DNA of 64,000 nt from Eledone cirrhosa (Eukaryota). Positions 1-14,665 of this stretch are shown here, piece after piece. How positions within the stretch are numbered: the stretch's first letter is position 1; each line of letters opens with the position of its first letter. Where the stretch lies: the NCBI GenBank assembly GCA_964016885.1, contig OZ024741.1:292020001-292084000 (forward strand), read 5' to 3'. The position numbers and the translations under genes are program-made. A model generated the notes under the pieces. That model worked only from the letters and a program-made list of their open reading frames with translations. It searched no databases and was not told where the DNA came from.

Positions 1-739
1 TACATTTCACTTTGATCACCGTTGTCGATTTGATGTACTCTTGAATCCCCAAAAATATGGGGGGGGGGGTATAAGCAGGGGTTGTTGGAAAATCGGTAAT
101 TCTTCTAGGTTGTCTCCTTTGATTTTTTTTTAAAAAACAGAATTAGTCGTTTAGTTTCAATATTGAAATCCCCAACCTATTCTATTTATTTTATAGCGTA
201 TGGGATTTCTTGTATGATCTTTTTTTGTCATGTATAATGTTTTTTTTAATGTATGAAGAAAATTAATTGTCGCAGGAATACTACTAGTTGAAATAAAATT
301 TAAAATTTCGCCGGAGATAGATTAATAAATTAAAATAAACTGGGTGAGAATGTAATAAGAGCGGGTGGATATTTGGACAAAATCTGAAAAATTAATAAGC
401 GGGGACCGGGGACGATTATTTGAAACCCGAGAGTAGTTACTGTTGTTATTGTTCCTCTAATAGTAATTGTGTTTAAGCAACAGTTCAGCTCTGATCCAAC
501 AAACATATAAAATATTACAGCCGTCGTTTTTTGGTTTCTAGTCCTTTAAACATAGTTTAGCGAAGACTATATTATTTAATGTGGCCTTCGTATTAAAGAT
601 GATGTGATGTTGACTTGAGAAGGAATTTGGTTGGTATTTCCAGTAATTTCGACGACCACAGGGTTTCCGTGATGATGTTTATTTATGAAAGTTTTAAATC
701 CTCTACCATTCAAACACATTACAGATTTAAACATCCATG

Positions 740-841
<102 letters not shown>

Positions 842-1453
842 CGCGTTTATACATATATGAACCTATATATATATAGATATAGATATATATATATAGGGCG
901 GGTCATGTTGTCAGTAAACGCAGGCAACAGCTGAGTTTCACTGTTGTTGTTATTAATAGTTAGGTAACTAATCCAGAGGAGAGATGTAGTAATTGAAGCA
1001 AAGTAGAGACGTGGAGGAGACTCAGAGGGCAAAAAAAGTCATTGAGAAGGTCACAGAATATGCAGAAAAAAAGCTTTAACTGTTAATTAACCATTTTCCT
1101 TTTTGCTAAACCAGATTAGTTAAATAGATTAGTTACATGATTAATAATAAAATCTGCAGTGAAACTCTCCTGGTGTGCGTGTTTCTATTGGAAGCATGGC
1201 CCACTCCACAAGCATAATAATCTGTTTCAATACATAGTTTCACATCTCTCTAAATGAAAACTAATATGTATGATACATGAGTAATAAAATAAGATAACTA
1301 AACTTACTTGAATTAGCAAAATAAACGAGAATTGTTAACATGACCCATACTTGTACAAGCTGTAACAGTTGAATTTCGATCCATACTTTGAGCAACTTTG
1401 CCTTTCATCCTTTCGAGGTACATAAATATAGTACCATTTCAATATCAAAGTCG

Positions 1454-1457
<4 letters not shown>

Positions 1458-1550
<93 letters not shown>
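1458..1550. repeat. (CT)n microsatellite
   Basis: Pure CT dinucleotide run. Similar runs occur near 37850-37900, 44310-44388 and 50820-50890. Confidence 0.95.
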
Positions 1551-1552
<2 letters not shown>

Positions 1553-1839
1553 TTACTCGCCAGGGTTAAATACTGATACCCGGTCGTATGTCACGACATG
1601 CGCCTACAACTTCCAGCTGGACTTAAGGGAATATCCATTGCCATGAGATGGATTCATTTCTCACGTGGTGCTTACATTAAACTCATGGGATATACGTATG
1701 TGTCCCATGAAGCTCAAGACGATATGGTATTGAAAATGAGAAAGATTTAGCTATTAATTTTAGCAAGCAGATTAACCTCGTCAAAGCACCTTCTCTGGTT
1801 CGTAGGTAATATGTATTGGTATTACCTTTCTTAGTGAAA

Positions 1840-2080
1840 GCACGTGGCCAGTTGGTTAGGGTATTGGGTCGGGGATTCGATTCTTGGACTGGGTTGTGTG
1901 TTGTGTTCTGGTGCTCAGTATACACAGCTGAAAGTGAGTACCGGCAATAGCTGAGGGTTTAAACCTTCAATAGGCTGGCGTTCTGTCCAGTGGGGTGTCT
2001 TGTACTCTCAGTCGCTTCACTTCACGGAAACTGGGATAAACACCGGCCTGATGAGCTCTGGGCTTGAGACAGAGACAGAG
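1840..2080 (+). mobile_element. tRNA-derived SINE, family 2
   Basis: A-box-like TGGCCAGTTGG and B-box-like GATTCGATTC, then CAGCTGAAAGTGAGTACC and GGAAACTGGGATAA...CCTGATGAGC. Homologous to 4766-5045 and 49303-49588. Confidence 0.8.
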
Positions 2081-2607
2081 TTTAGGTTTTTATTAGTTTT
2101 TTTTGTATGTTGTAATTGTTCTTTATTCACGGTTCTACTTTAATCCAACGGAACAATGATCAAAACCATTCCAGTCGAGACCATCCTGTCTTTTATTTCT
2201 AGACTTAACGTGCTACTGTAGTTCCACTGTGGATTATTTCGCGCTCCACCCACTATCATGCCATTATAGTTCTGGCCGCCGGCCACGCCATGTTGCTTTT
2301 AACAAAATCATAACGCACGGCCAGGATAACGCAGGCTTCCCCTCCTAGCATGGGCCAGGGTGGTTGGACCGAGGGGACGGCAAAAAGCCAGACGGCATGA
2401 GAAGCTTCCCATTTCATTGGTGCATCTGGGATGCAAGATGTTGTGATACATTTTCTAGCGGCAAACTGGGGCGTTCGCCTACCTGCCCAGGCTTCGCTGC
2501 CCACCTGGTCGAAGAGGATAAACTGTCAAAGTAACGGCCGCTCTCTGAGAGGTTTGTAGTAGAGGCTGCCACCGTGGAGACTTGCGGCGTTCTTGTCACT
2601 ATAGACC

Positions 2608-2899
2608 AGGCATGGGCAACCTTTTTCGAGAAGTGGGCCGCGTGAGATATCGCTCATCATCAGGTGGGCCGCAACCGCTAATTTACATTCGGGCCCACAT
2701 TTTAAAAAAAGAGCGGTAACTCAGGTTGTTTTGATTTGTTTCTTCAGAATTCGTACACGTTGTTTCCCTCGATCGTAAAAATGATAGAAAGATAAATTAC
2801 GACTGAAAAGTTTTGGAAAAAAAGATCAGAAAGATTTCACTAAGGTGACTTAGGCGTGCCATTTAGAAAGCTTCGCGGGCCGCAAGCTGCCCATGACTC
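2608..2899. mobile_element. hAT/Charlie-like MITE
   Basis: Left end CAGGCATGGGCAAC, right end GCTGCCCATGAC (degenerate TIRs), with subterminal GGGCCGC motifs at both ends. TSD not clean. Confidence 0.65.
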
Positions 2900-3427
2900 T
2901 CTGCTCACTGCTATAGAAGCTGAGTTGCATTCCGGCAGGTGCGGGCCCCGTGACGTGGAATGGCTGTTCCAGTGCGTCTCCCTCGTCGTCTTCCGGAGAA
3001 ATGTCTTCTCAGATTCTCCATCCTGTCGGCCAGGACCACTAGGTAGACTGACCCTCAAGATTCATTTATGGTGGTGGCATGTGGATTAGATCTATTACCA
3101 TAAACATAATTAGTAAGAAAGTGAAAACATTTAAACCCACAAATAATTAAAAATATTAAACACAAAGTATTCAGGTAGCTATAATACTCTCTCCTATTCT
3201 TAAGTTAGTTTGTTGTTGATTTGGCAGCTAATTCGTAAAGTCTTTCCTATCGGCTCCTTTGTGTATATCTTATACATTGTTAGACAAAGGTTTAGACTAG
3301 ATAGGTTGGTAGGTAGGTAGGTAGGTAGGTAGGTACATGCTTAACTATGTTCCTAGTTCACTGTCTGTTGCTTTATTGTCTCTCTCTTTCTATCTCTCTA
3401 TCTCACTCCCCCTCCTTCTATCTCTCT

Positions 3428-3857
<430 letters not shown>

Positions 3858-4008
3858 AATGATAGAATAAGTTACTGTTTTAGAATACAGGACTCTCTTT
3901 AGGAGGTTTACGATGCTATGCTATTTCTGTAGTTTCTAAATCTTGCCATCTTGTCGGGTTCTTTTATCACGGTGATGAAGACAAATGTGTTTGTGGGGTG
4001 GGGTGTGT

Positions 4009-4053
<45 letters not shown>

Positions 4054-4554
4054 TCTTTGTTTATAAGTAGGTAAGAAAATGTATGTAAAAAATAAATAAA
4101 AATAACAGCCATTTCTGTATATAATATATATATATATATATATATAAATATATATATATATAAATATATATGTGTGTGTCTGTGCGTGTGTGTGCGAGTG
4201 TGTGTGCGTGTGTGTGAGTGTATAAATAGATAACTAAATAAATATATATATGTCAGTGTGTGCTTGTGTGTATTCCATTCACATAGAGATTGGTCATAGC
4301 CATGAAGTATCTACTTAGTCAGAGAGTACTCTCAGTGGATAAATAACTCTTGTCTGTGGTTTATGTATGTCAGGTAAACACTTATATACATGCATGTATA
4401 CGTATGTACATATATACACATGCACACACACATGCTAACTCAATTATACACATACCTGTATGTGTATATGCGTATGTGAGTGTATGCGTGTATGTGAGTA
4501 TGGGTGTGTGTGTGCGCGTGTGTGTGTGTCTGTGTCTGTGTGTGCGTGTGTTAT

Positions 4555-4745
4555 CTTTCCGTCGATTTCGACGATGAGTGTTCCAGTCGTTTGATCAATG
4601 GACTACCCTGCTCGCAAAGTTAATGAGCAAGTGGCTGAGCATTTCACCAACACGGCTGCCCTTAACGCAGGTTTCCAGGGAGATACAGCGTAATACCATG
4701 TGTGACAAAGCTGACCTTCCCTTTGAATTAGAGGTACAACACATT
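4555..4745 (+). mobile_element. Dispersed SINE-like repeat, family 3 fragment
   Basis: GTTCCAGT...GCAAGTGGCTGAGCA...CCCTTAACG...TGTGACAA block. Reverse-complement homologues near 5470-5605 and 14085-14165. Confidence 0.65.
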
Positions 4746-4765
4746 TTTGCCAGGCGAATTGACTA

Positions 4766-5045
4766 GGCGCGTGGTTATGTGGTAAGGGCTTTTGAGTTAC
4801 GATCACAATGTCGTGGTTTCGATTCCACGACCAGGTTGTGCATTTTCTTGCGCAGAACGCTTCCTTTCTTGTTGCTCCAGTATACACAGCTGAAAATAAG
4901 TACCAGCAATAGCTGGGGATTTAACCGTATAATGGAGTGGCGTCATGTCGAGGGGGGAGTACTGTACTCTAGGTCACTTAACGTCATAGAAACCGGGATA
5001 AGCACTGTCCTGATGAGCCTCCGGGTCGAAACAAACTGTAGATTT
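4766..5045 (+). mobile_element. tRNA-derived SINE, family 2
   Basis: GGCGCGTGGTTATGTGGTAAG head, B-box-like TTCGATTCC, CAGCTGAAAATAAGTACCAGC and GAAACCGGGATAAG...CCTGATGAGCC. Confidence 0.8.
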
Positions 5046-6089
5046 AGCCTTTAGAATGGACAAGAACCTCTTGAAATATAGTGACGTAATCAGGAACACA
5101 AAGCACCGCCGGGAATTGCACTCACGACTTTGCGATCGTGAATTCACGAATCAATCTAATCACTAAGCTACGTCTCTTCACCTATCTTCAGACACACGCA
5201 CACCCACACACCACCCACACATACACACACTCATGCAAGCACGCGCACACACACATACACACACAAACTGTGTGTGTAAGCAACCTGAACGAATTGTTAA
5301 GAAGCTCGATTCCCCGTTATTTTGTCCTGGCTTAAATCCCAGATATTTTGAGCGAAATTTACCATAGCCTTGGGTTGGCCTATTGCTTAGTGACTGAAGA
5401 TGGGTAAACGCAAACGGAAGGTGGCTTAACGGAAGCTCTCCGGATAGACTGTACCTGTAGTTCAACGGGCCAGTTCAACGGGTCACGCTGAATTATTCAG
5501 ATAATTTCTTTAAGAGTACACGTGTCTGTAGACTGCTCAGCCACTTACATATTGATTTCAAGAATAGGTAGTTCTGTTGATCGAACAACTGAAACAGTCG
5601 TCGTCAAAATGGGTGGAGGTCCATCGTTCGTTCATTATGTATGTATGGAGTAGATACGCTAATACTTATTCTATATATAGTGTATGAAGTGTGTCGGTTA
5701 AATGGTCTATCAAGGATCAGGAATGAGATAATGAAAATATCTGGTAAAATATGGCCTATTCAAGTCACTTAAGGGAGTGTCTACCTCGTAGCCACGGCCG
5801 ACAAAGTAGAGAAAACATTGCCCCAGTGGACGGCAATAGAAACACGCAAGGACATCCACTCCACTTCACGGAGCGAGCACTTATGGGTAACCAGCCCCGC
5901 TCTGATAGCAGTGTATAGTGTTGAGATTTGGACAGTGACTGATTGGTCTCTGTATAATATATCGATCCACAAAATCCCAGATCTCATTCGCTTTCCGAAT
6001 CGGGTGGAATTTGTCAAATCGAACCAAGGAACAATGTTTCCATTGGTCTTTGAAATTACTGATACTATCTACCGGTCGCAAATCCTGGT

Positions 6090-6210
6090 AGAAAGAGCAA
6101 CGTGAAATAAAATCTCTTGCTCAAGGGCATAACGCATCGCTCGGTCAGGAAATCTATCTCGCAACCTCACGCTCGTGAATCCAATTGTCTAACTACTAAG
6201 CCTAGCGCCT
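6090..6210 (-). mobile_element. tRNA-derived SINE head with CORE-like motif
   Basis: Minus strand reads GGCGCTAGGCTTAGTAGTTAG...CCCTTGAGCAAG...TTTCACGTTGCTC, i.e. a tRNA-like head followed by the CCTTGAGCAAG CORE-like motif. Confidence 0.55.
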
Positions 6211-6570
6211 TCCCAAGTATAGCGTATAATGAAAGATATTTGGCTGTCTTTCAAACGTTCACACATGCAATATTGTTTAGAACACACACAAAGTTTTCAC
6301 ATATCAGGTTAGATTTATTATAACAAATATTTTCCTTCTATTTTTACATTTGGCTTCTGTCTTTCCGTAAACCGTTTTCGTATGGAATAACAATATGTAA
6401 ACACAGTATGTATGTATGTATGTATGTATGTATGTATGTATGTATGTATGTATGTATGTATGTATGTATGTATGTATGTATGTGCGTATGCATGCTTGTA
6501 TGCATGCATACATACATATATGTATGTATGCATCTATGTGTATATGTATGCATGTGTGTGAGTGTATATA

Positions 6571-6615
<45 letters not shown>

Positions 6616-7291
6616 ATGTATGTATATACATACATACATACATACATATATACATGCATGCATAAATACACTTGCACATGCGTCCACACATTCTGTTTGC
6701 TCAATCCTCAATAAACAATACAGTAACAGAGAGTATAAAGAGGAAATCTTACGGAAAATGTATAAATATACACTGTATGTACAGATTGTAAGCTAGCACT
6801 GATACGGGGCAGCCATATCGCTTTCTGCTTTCTATTTCAACGATATTAAATGAAGAGAAAGGGTTAGTAGCGTACATATGTTCTATTTTGGGGGCCTTAG
6901 AATAGTGTGCTGTGTATTATATTGGAAGCATTGTTCTCTTCTAAGTCTCTATCCCTATAAAAGATCGTTAATGTAGACCGTGAAATTGTAATTGTAAATA
7001 GGAAAGTCAGATTTATACAGCTTCAATAAGATATCACGTGTTCGTAAGTCTATTTACTAGTGTACTGTACCATTTTCAATTGTAAAATTGTAAAAATGAT
7101 TTGTTATACATACATATATGCACGCATATATACATGCATACATACATACATACATACATACATACCTACATACATGCATACATACATACAAACATACACA
7201 CATACAATCATATATACATGTATATATATATGCATGTCTGTGTATGTATACAAACATATGTACACACAAACACATACACACGCGCACACAG

Positions 7292-7374
<83 letters not shown>

Positions 7375-7516
7375 CATATATACATATATAAATACGTACA
7401 CTTGATATCCTCACATAGATTATAGTGCTGCTGCTAATGATATTGAAGGGAACAACGACAACGACAACAACAATAATAATTATCATTATGTTTATTCCTC
7501 AAGATTTTGGCAATTG

Positions 7517-7704
7517 ATAATTGTTTCTACTTTTGGCACAAGGCCAGCAATTACACCAGTACATTACTGGTACTTTATTTTATAGACCCCCGTAAGGATG
7601 AAAGGCAAAGTTAACCTTGGCGGGATTTGAACTCAGAATGGCAAGGGCCGTAACTCTATGCGTCAAAGCATGGCGTCCGACCCTCTACCGATACTGCCAA
7701 TCCA
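7517..7704 (-). mobile_element. tRNA-derived SINE, family 1 (full short form)
   Basis: Minus strand: TGGATTGGCAGTATCGGTAG (A box), GAGTTCAAATCCC (B box), GCCTTTCATCCTTACGGGG...AAAGTACCAG, and a GGCCTTGTGCCAAAAGTAGAAACAATTAT tail. Confidence 0.9.
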
Positions 7705-7784
7705 CTGGATAATGATGGTAACAATAGTGTTGATTAGAAATGTTAATGTTAGTAACGATGATGTTGATCATGCTGCTGCTGTTA

Positions 7785-8580
7785 CTGACGATGATGATGA
7801 TGGTGATGAAGATGATGCTGATAATGACGGTGATGATGATGGTGATGAAGATGATGTTGATAATGACGGTGATGATGATGGTGATGAAGATGATGTTGAT
7901 AATGACGGTGATGATGATGGTGATGATTGTCTGCTGTGGTTATTCAATGATCTGTAAAATTCAAAGAAACCATTAAGTGAGTTGCAATAGGAGTTGTGAA
8001 TAGGGGTGTGGGGTGTCAATGTACCCTTAAATTAAGGATTGATCATCATCATCACTATCATCATAACCACCACCACCACCTCCACCTCCACCATCATAAC
8101 TATCATCGTAACCACCACCACCACATCCACCTCCACCATCATCACTATCATCAAAATCGTTACCAGCAGCACCACTGCCGCCATCATCATCACAACCATG
8201 CTCATCATCATCACTATCATTATCAGCAACAGCAGCACGACCTCCATCATCATCATGAGCAGCATAAGCACACACGCCATCACCACCATACCACTACCAC
8301 CACCAACACAACCACCACCACCACCACGATACCACTACCACCACCAACACAACCACCACCACCACCACCACCGCCATACCACTACCACAAGCACCACCAC
8401 CACCATCACCACCACCAACACCAACACCACCACCACCACCACCACCACCACCAACACCATCATCATCTCTATAATCTTTCGTGTTTACTCTTACAATAAT
8501 TATTTTTTCTTCATCACCCTCCCCATCCTTCTCATCATCATCATCACCATCACCATCATCATCATCATTATCATTATCAT
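7785..8580. repeat. (GAT)n / (CAT,CAC)n triplet repeat fields
   Basis: Degenerate triplet runs, including a tandem unit of about 36 bp near 7790-7925. Confidence 0.9.
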
Positions 8581-8768
8581 TGGATTGGCAGTACCGGTAG
8601 AGGGTCGGACGCCATGCTTTGACGTATAGAGTTACGGCCCTTGCCATTTTGAGTTCAAATCCCGCCGAGGTTAACTTTGCCTTTCATCCTTACGGGGTCG
8701 ATAAAATAAAGTACCAGTAATACACTGGATAATTGCTGGCCTTGTGCCAAACAGTAGAAACAATTATT
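8581..8768 (+). mobile_element. tRNA-derived SINE, family 1
   Basis: Near-identical to 7517-7704 in the opposite orientation. A and B boxes intact. Confidence 0.9.
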
Positions 8769-9360
8769 ATTATCATCATCATTAATAACATTATAATCAT
8801 TTATCATTATCATAATATGTGGCGTCTGTAATGTTTTTCTTGATGTCAGCCCTTGTGGCCAATAAAGAAATCATTATCATAAATGTTATTATTATTATTA
8901 TTATTATAATTACTATTATTATTAATATTATAACAACAACTACAACAACACAGTGGAATAAAGAACTCTTTATTCCACTGTGTTGTTGTAGTTGTTGTTA
9001 TTCAATGCACGAACCGATTCTCTTGATTGAAAGCGAGTGAAGTAGGTTTCATTATATATATTTTATTTTAAAAAAAAACAGGAATTTAGATTAAAGTAAT
9101 TTTATAGAACAAAAATGTATAAATATATAAATTAATGAAAAATTAAAATAGAACACACACCCACCCACATCCACATACTTAAATTTATTTCAACATATTT
9201 TCATTCACTCTCCTAAAATACTATATATGTATATATATAATATTATTGAGTAAAATGACATACATGTATATATATGTATATATATATATATATAAATATA
9301 TTATATAATATATATATTATATATATATATATATACATAATTATATATATATATATATAT

Positions 9361-9410
<50 letters not shown>

Positions 9411-9415
9411 GTATG

Positions 9416-9468
<53 letters not shown>

Positions 9469-9642
9469 CTTGCATGTCATTTTACTCAATAATATTATAT
9501 ATATACATATATACATATATGTCATTTTACTCAATAATATTATATATACATATTACAGTATATTATATATAATATATAATATATATATATATATATATAT
9601 AATATTATATATTATATAATATATATATATTTACATATACAG

Positions 9643-9677
<35 letters not shown>

Positions 9678-9903
9678 ATATATATATATATACTGTATAT
9701 GTATTATATATATATATCATATAAGTGTGTGTGTGTGTGTGTATATACATATAAGCGATATATATATATATCATTGATATATTATATATGCATATATATT
9801 CATATATAGATATTATATATATATATATGTGTGTGTGTGTATATATATATATATAACATATCCAGGCATACATATACATATACATGCATCACCTAGATAC
9901 ACA

Positions 9904-9940
<37 letters not shown>

Positions 9941-10277
9941 ACATATATATATATATATACATGTGTGTGTGACGTGTGTGATGTGAGATGTGTCGCTGTA
10001 AGTACGTACGTGCGTGCATATATAACCAACAGTTTACGTAAGGAAGTCAGGAATCATCGAATCACTATTGAAACGAAAATGACCTCTTTCTGGGGATAAC
10101 CACTGCCACTTATTGAAAGTGGTATTGCCGCCATCATATGGAATATTCCCAAAATATCTATTACCATTTCAGCTGAAAGAATTACCATATTTTTAGTAAA
10201 GCGAGGGCTTTATAATGGCAACTACACTCATTGATTTTTATTGCTTTCTTCTGGAAAAGATATCTGATTATTGAAAT

Positions 10278-10598
<321 letters not shown>

Positions 10599-10880
10599 GT
10601 GAGGTTTTTTTTTACAAAATGAAAAATAACCGAGGTGTCCTACACGAGTGAAAGTATAAAGAAAAAGAGATGAAATCGAAAATGCAACTGGAGTCTTATT
10701 TTTTTTTTAAATATATATATATTTATTTGGTTCCTTTACCGGATTCGCAGTTCTTCTGCTTTTCAAAAGGTGAGTTGAGATGGAGGGTCTGTGGATTTGC
10801 TCACTGCACAGTCTCTCCTCAATTTAAAAAATATCTTCACGCACAGGCATTGCACGATAGAATTAATTAATAATTATTAA

Positions 10881-11060
10881 TAATTGTTTCTACTATTGGC
10901 ACAAGGCCAGAAATTACCCAGTACATTACTGGTACTTTATTTTATCGACCGCGTAAGGATGAAAGGCAAAGTTAACCTCGGCGGGATTTGAACTCAGAAT
11001 GGCAAGGGCCGTAACTCTATGCGTCAAAGCATGGCGTCCGACCCTCTACCGATACTGCCA
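10881..11060 (-). mobile_element. SINE family 1 inserted in an RTE-derived element
   Basis: Full SINE flanked by the duplication ATTAATAAT, inside the host sequence TTGCACGATA...TATCGTGCAA. Confidence 0.85.
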
Positions 11061-11109
11061 ATTAATAATGGTATATCGTGCAACGGCCATACTCGATAAC
11101 GAGGGCGCA

Positions 11110-11153
<44 letters not shown>

Positions 11154-11155
11154 CT

Positions 11156-11200
<45 letters not shown>

Positions 11201-11223
11201 TGTGTGTGTGTGTGTGTGCGTGC

Positions 11224-11255
<32 letters not shown>

Positions 11256-11413
11256 ATATATGTATAATATGTATATACAATTATATCTAGATGTGTACAT
11301 ACATACTCACATGTATCATCATCAAATAAATATAGTTTAAGATCCGATAATATATATATATATATGTGTATGTGTATATATATATATATAAATATATATA
11401 CATATATATATAA

Positions 11414-11479
<66 letters not shown>

Positions 11480-11573
11480 GTAAATATATATACATATATA
11501 CATATATATATATATATATGTAAATATATATATATTTACATATATACATATATATATACATATATATATATAC

Positions 11574-11605
<32 letters not shown>

Positions 11606-11619
11606 TTATTAAAATAACA

Positions 11620-11656
<37 letters not shown>

Positions 11657-11718
11657 TATACATATACGCAGTGTGAAATTTGAACATATTTACTCCACTT
11701 TCTCTGCATGATACAATG

Positions 11719-11764
<46 letters not shown>

Positions 11765-12235
11765 GTGTGTGTGTGTGTGCGCGCGTGTGTGTATGGGTGT
11801 GGTATATGTGTGTGTGTGTATGCATATATATATACATACCAAATTCGAATTTTAATTGTCTAGTAAAATCACATGTCTAACATCTCCATGTCCCCAGCCC
11901 TACCACGACTGTTATATCACTTATCTAACTTTATATCCTCCATCCCATGTTTCTCAATATTCAATTCTTTTACAAGAATCTTTTCTGATTCTTTTCAATT
12001 TCCCGCTTCCGTACATTTTCACTACTTTATATTTTAATTATTTTACTAGTTTCAGTCATCAGACTGAGATCATGCTGAGGCATTGCTTCTAAATGTGTTT
12101 CTTATAATCGTTATTATTATTGTTATTTTCTTTTTTAGTCGATCAGTACTTATTTCAATCTGTTAGATATTTCAATTGATATATATTTAGATTTTATAAA
12201 ACAACAACAACAACAACAACAACAAGCTCGACAAT

Positions 12236-13310
12236 AATAATTGTTTCTACTTTAGGCACAAGGCCAGCCATTACGAAGTGCATTACTGGTACTAAAACAA
12301 CAACAACAACAACAACAACAACATGCTCGACAATAATAATGGCTTCTGATTCAGACATAAGGCCAACAGTTTTGTAGAAAAAGGAAAGTCGGTTAAATTG
12401 AGGCCAGTGCATTACTGGTTCTTTATTTTATTGACCCCTTAATGATGAAAGGCAGAGCTAACTTCTACACAATTTGAACTTAGTACATAAAAGGCCGTAA
12501 CTCTATGCCTCGAAGCATGCTGTTCGACTCTCTACTGATACTGTCAATCCATCACACTAGACATGTAGTAATAACGGTCAACAATTTGTGGCTTGGGGAA
12601 AGTCGATTACGTCGATCTAAGTACTTTATTCGTACTTTATTTCGTCTTCTCCGAAAATGATGAAAAGCAAAATTGACCTTGTTGGTATTTGAACTCAGAA
12701 TATAAAGAGGTAACTAAATTCCGCAATGCATTTTATTGGACGTTCTAACGACTCTGTTAATCCACCATCCTCAACCGGCACTAATAATTGTTTCTACTTT
12801 AGGCACAAGGCCAGGAAATACCCAGTGCATTACTGGTACTTTATTTTATCGACCCCGTAAGGATGAAAGGCAAAGTTAATCTCGGCACTAATAATGGTTT
12901 CTTATATAGGCACAAGCCATCAATTTGGGGGAAGGCGAAAGTCGATTAAATCGACCCCAGTGCGTAGCTGGTACTTTATTTTATCGACTCCGTAAGGATG
13001 AAAGGCAAACTTATCCTCGGTGGAATTTGAATTCAGATCAGAAAGGGCCGTAACTCTATGCTGCAAAGCATGGCGTCCGAATCCCTACCGATACTTCCAA
13101 TCCACCGCCCTTCAACCAATAATAATGGTTTCTGTTTTAGTGAATTAAGTCGATCCCAGTGCATTCCTGGTAGTTTATCTTAACGACCCTGTAAGAAAGA
13201 AAGACAAAGCTAAATACGTCGAAACTTCAAATCAGAACGTAAAGGGCTGTAATTTTATACCGCAAAGCATGTTGTCCGACACTTTATCGATACTGCCAAT
13301 CCATCACCTT
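12236..13310 (-). mobile_element. Tandem cluster of about 6 SINE family 1 copies or fragments
   Basis: Repeated GGCACAAGGCCAG / GATGAAAGGCAAAG / ATTTGAACTCAG blocks, all on the minus strand. Confidence 0.85.
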
Positions 13311-14231
13311 TCGACAGGCAGTAATAATATCAATAATTTCTAACAGAGTCAAAGGGCCCCAGATTTGAAGGAACGAATAACCGATTATATAGAGACCAGT
13401 ACTTGACTGTTATTTATCATTATCCAACCTCAAAAGAATTAAAAGTATTCTTGAGAGGAAATTGTAAATGCAGGACGTGGAGAGGGATACACATGTAATA
13501 GGAGAAGAGAACAGTGGATTATATAGACTTGTTGGGCTGTATGTGGGTGAAGTAATTGAAGTCAACGCCGGTAGTGGCGCCACTGCAATGAAATCTTTTG
13601 CAACTATCGTTTACCATGGTCTCGTGTCAACTCAATCATTGCATTCGATATTGGATAGACAGAAACAGCATGGAAGCCCATCGGATGGACTGTACCTATA
13701 ATTCAAATATGCAGCATTGTCACACACTATTGTCACGTTAAATCAACTTCAGAATTACGGCAAGAATGTTGTATGAAAACCATTGAAAGTATCCAGTGTT
13801 CTATGATACTGCGCTTTTTTTTAAGTGTTTATTCTTATCGAAAAAATCTTTCATCATAATTTGTTGTAAGGACCTTTGTTAAATATGCCACACACTAGCT
13901 TAATAATTGTTTCTACTTTGGGCACAAGGCCAGTAATTATTCCAGTGTATTACTGGTACTTTATTTTAAATGAAAAAAATATTTGATCAAATCTTCTCAA
14001 ATTCTTGATTATTTAATAAATTATTTCAAAATCATAGGCAGTGTCTTTCATTGGAAATATTGGTAACCAAAGAGTTAAAGCTACAAGTGTCTGTGGACTA
14101 CTCAGCCACTTTGCACGCTAATTTAATGATTTGGTCGTACAGTTTATCGAACACCTGTACGCTCATCCATCGTTTCATTAGGGTGTAATTTACTAGAAAC
14201 TCTCAGCTCCAACAGCTTGTGAGTTTCACTA

Positions 14232-14665
14232 ATAACTGTTTCTACTTTTGGCAGAAGGCCAGCAATTACCCCAGTGTATTACTGGTACTTTATTTTATCG
14301 ACCCTGTAAGGATGAAAGGCAAAGTTAACCTCAGCTGGATTTGAATTCAGATCATAAAGAGCCGTAACTCTATGCTGCAAAGCATGGTGTCTGACGCTCT
14401 ACCGATACTGCCAATCCACCGCTCTAATAATAGGGTGACGAATTGGCAAAGATGTTAGAGCGTCGGATTTAATTTCTTGGTATTTTGTCCGGCTGACTTT
14501 GCTCTGAGTTCAAATCACACCGAGGTCAACTGTGCTTTTCATCTTTTCAGGGTCGATAAATAAAGTAACAATTTATTGGGCAGTGGACTGGCAGAGTTGT
14601 TCAAGAATCTGAGGGGATAGTTTGTAGTATCTGTTCTGGCGTTTTGCGTTCTCAGTTCAAATGCT
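14232..14665. mobile_element. SINE family 1 copies (one minus, two plus-strand partial or diverged)
   Basis: 14232-14422 is a full minus-strand copy. 14432-14570 and 14580-14665 are plus-strand heads with GTTCAAAT B boxes. Confidence 0.75.

Noticed and set aside
2230-3085. GC-richer sequence on both sides of the MITE as a gene
   Set aside because: Only short ORFs with no recognisable motif. It may be an old mobile-element fragment but cannot be assigned. The same applies to 21420-21720 and 58810-59080.
5005-5045. CTGATGAG...GAAAC in the SINE family 2 tail as a hammerhead
   Set aside because: Other copies have GAGAC (near 2066 and 49575) and CGGATGA. The conserved hairpin uses the GA of the would-be core, and no stem III forms. 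It is more likely a LINE-type 3' stem-loop.
7517-8768. A/B-box sequences as tRNA genes
   Set aside because: No cloverleaf, and they continue into SINE body and tail in dozens of copies.
12040-12070. Minus-strand CTGATGA-CT-GAAAC-TAGTA
   Set aside because: No room for stem II and no stem I. It looks like part of another SINE tail (TTTCAGTCAT..GACTG..CATGCTG).
12236-13310. Regularly recurring motifs as a CRISPR-like array
   Set aside because: These are tandem SINE copies of variable length in eukaryotic DNA, with no constant repeat-spacer period and no cas genes.
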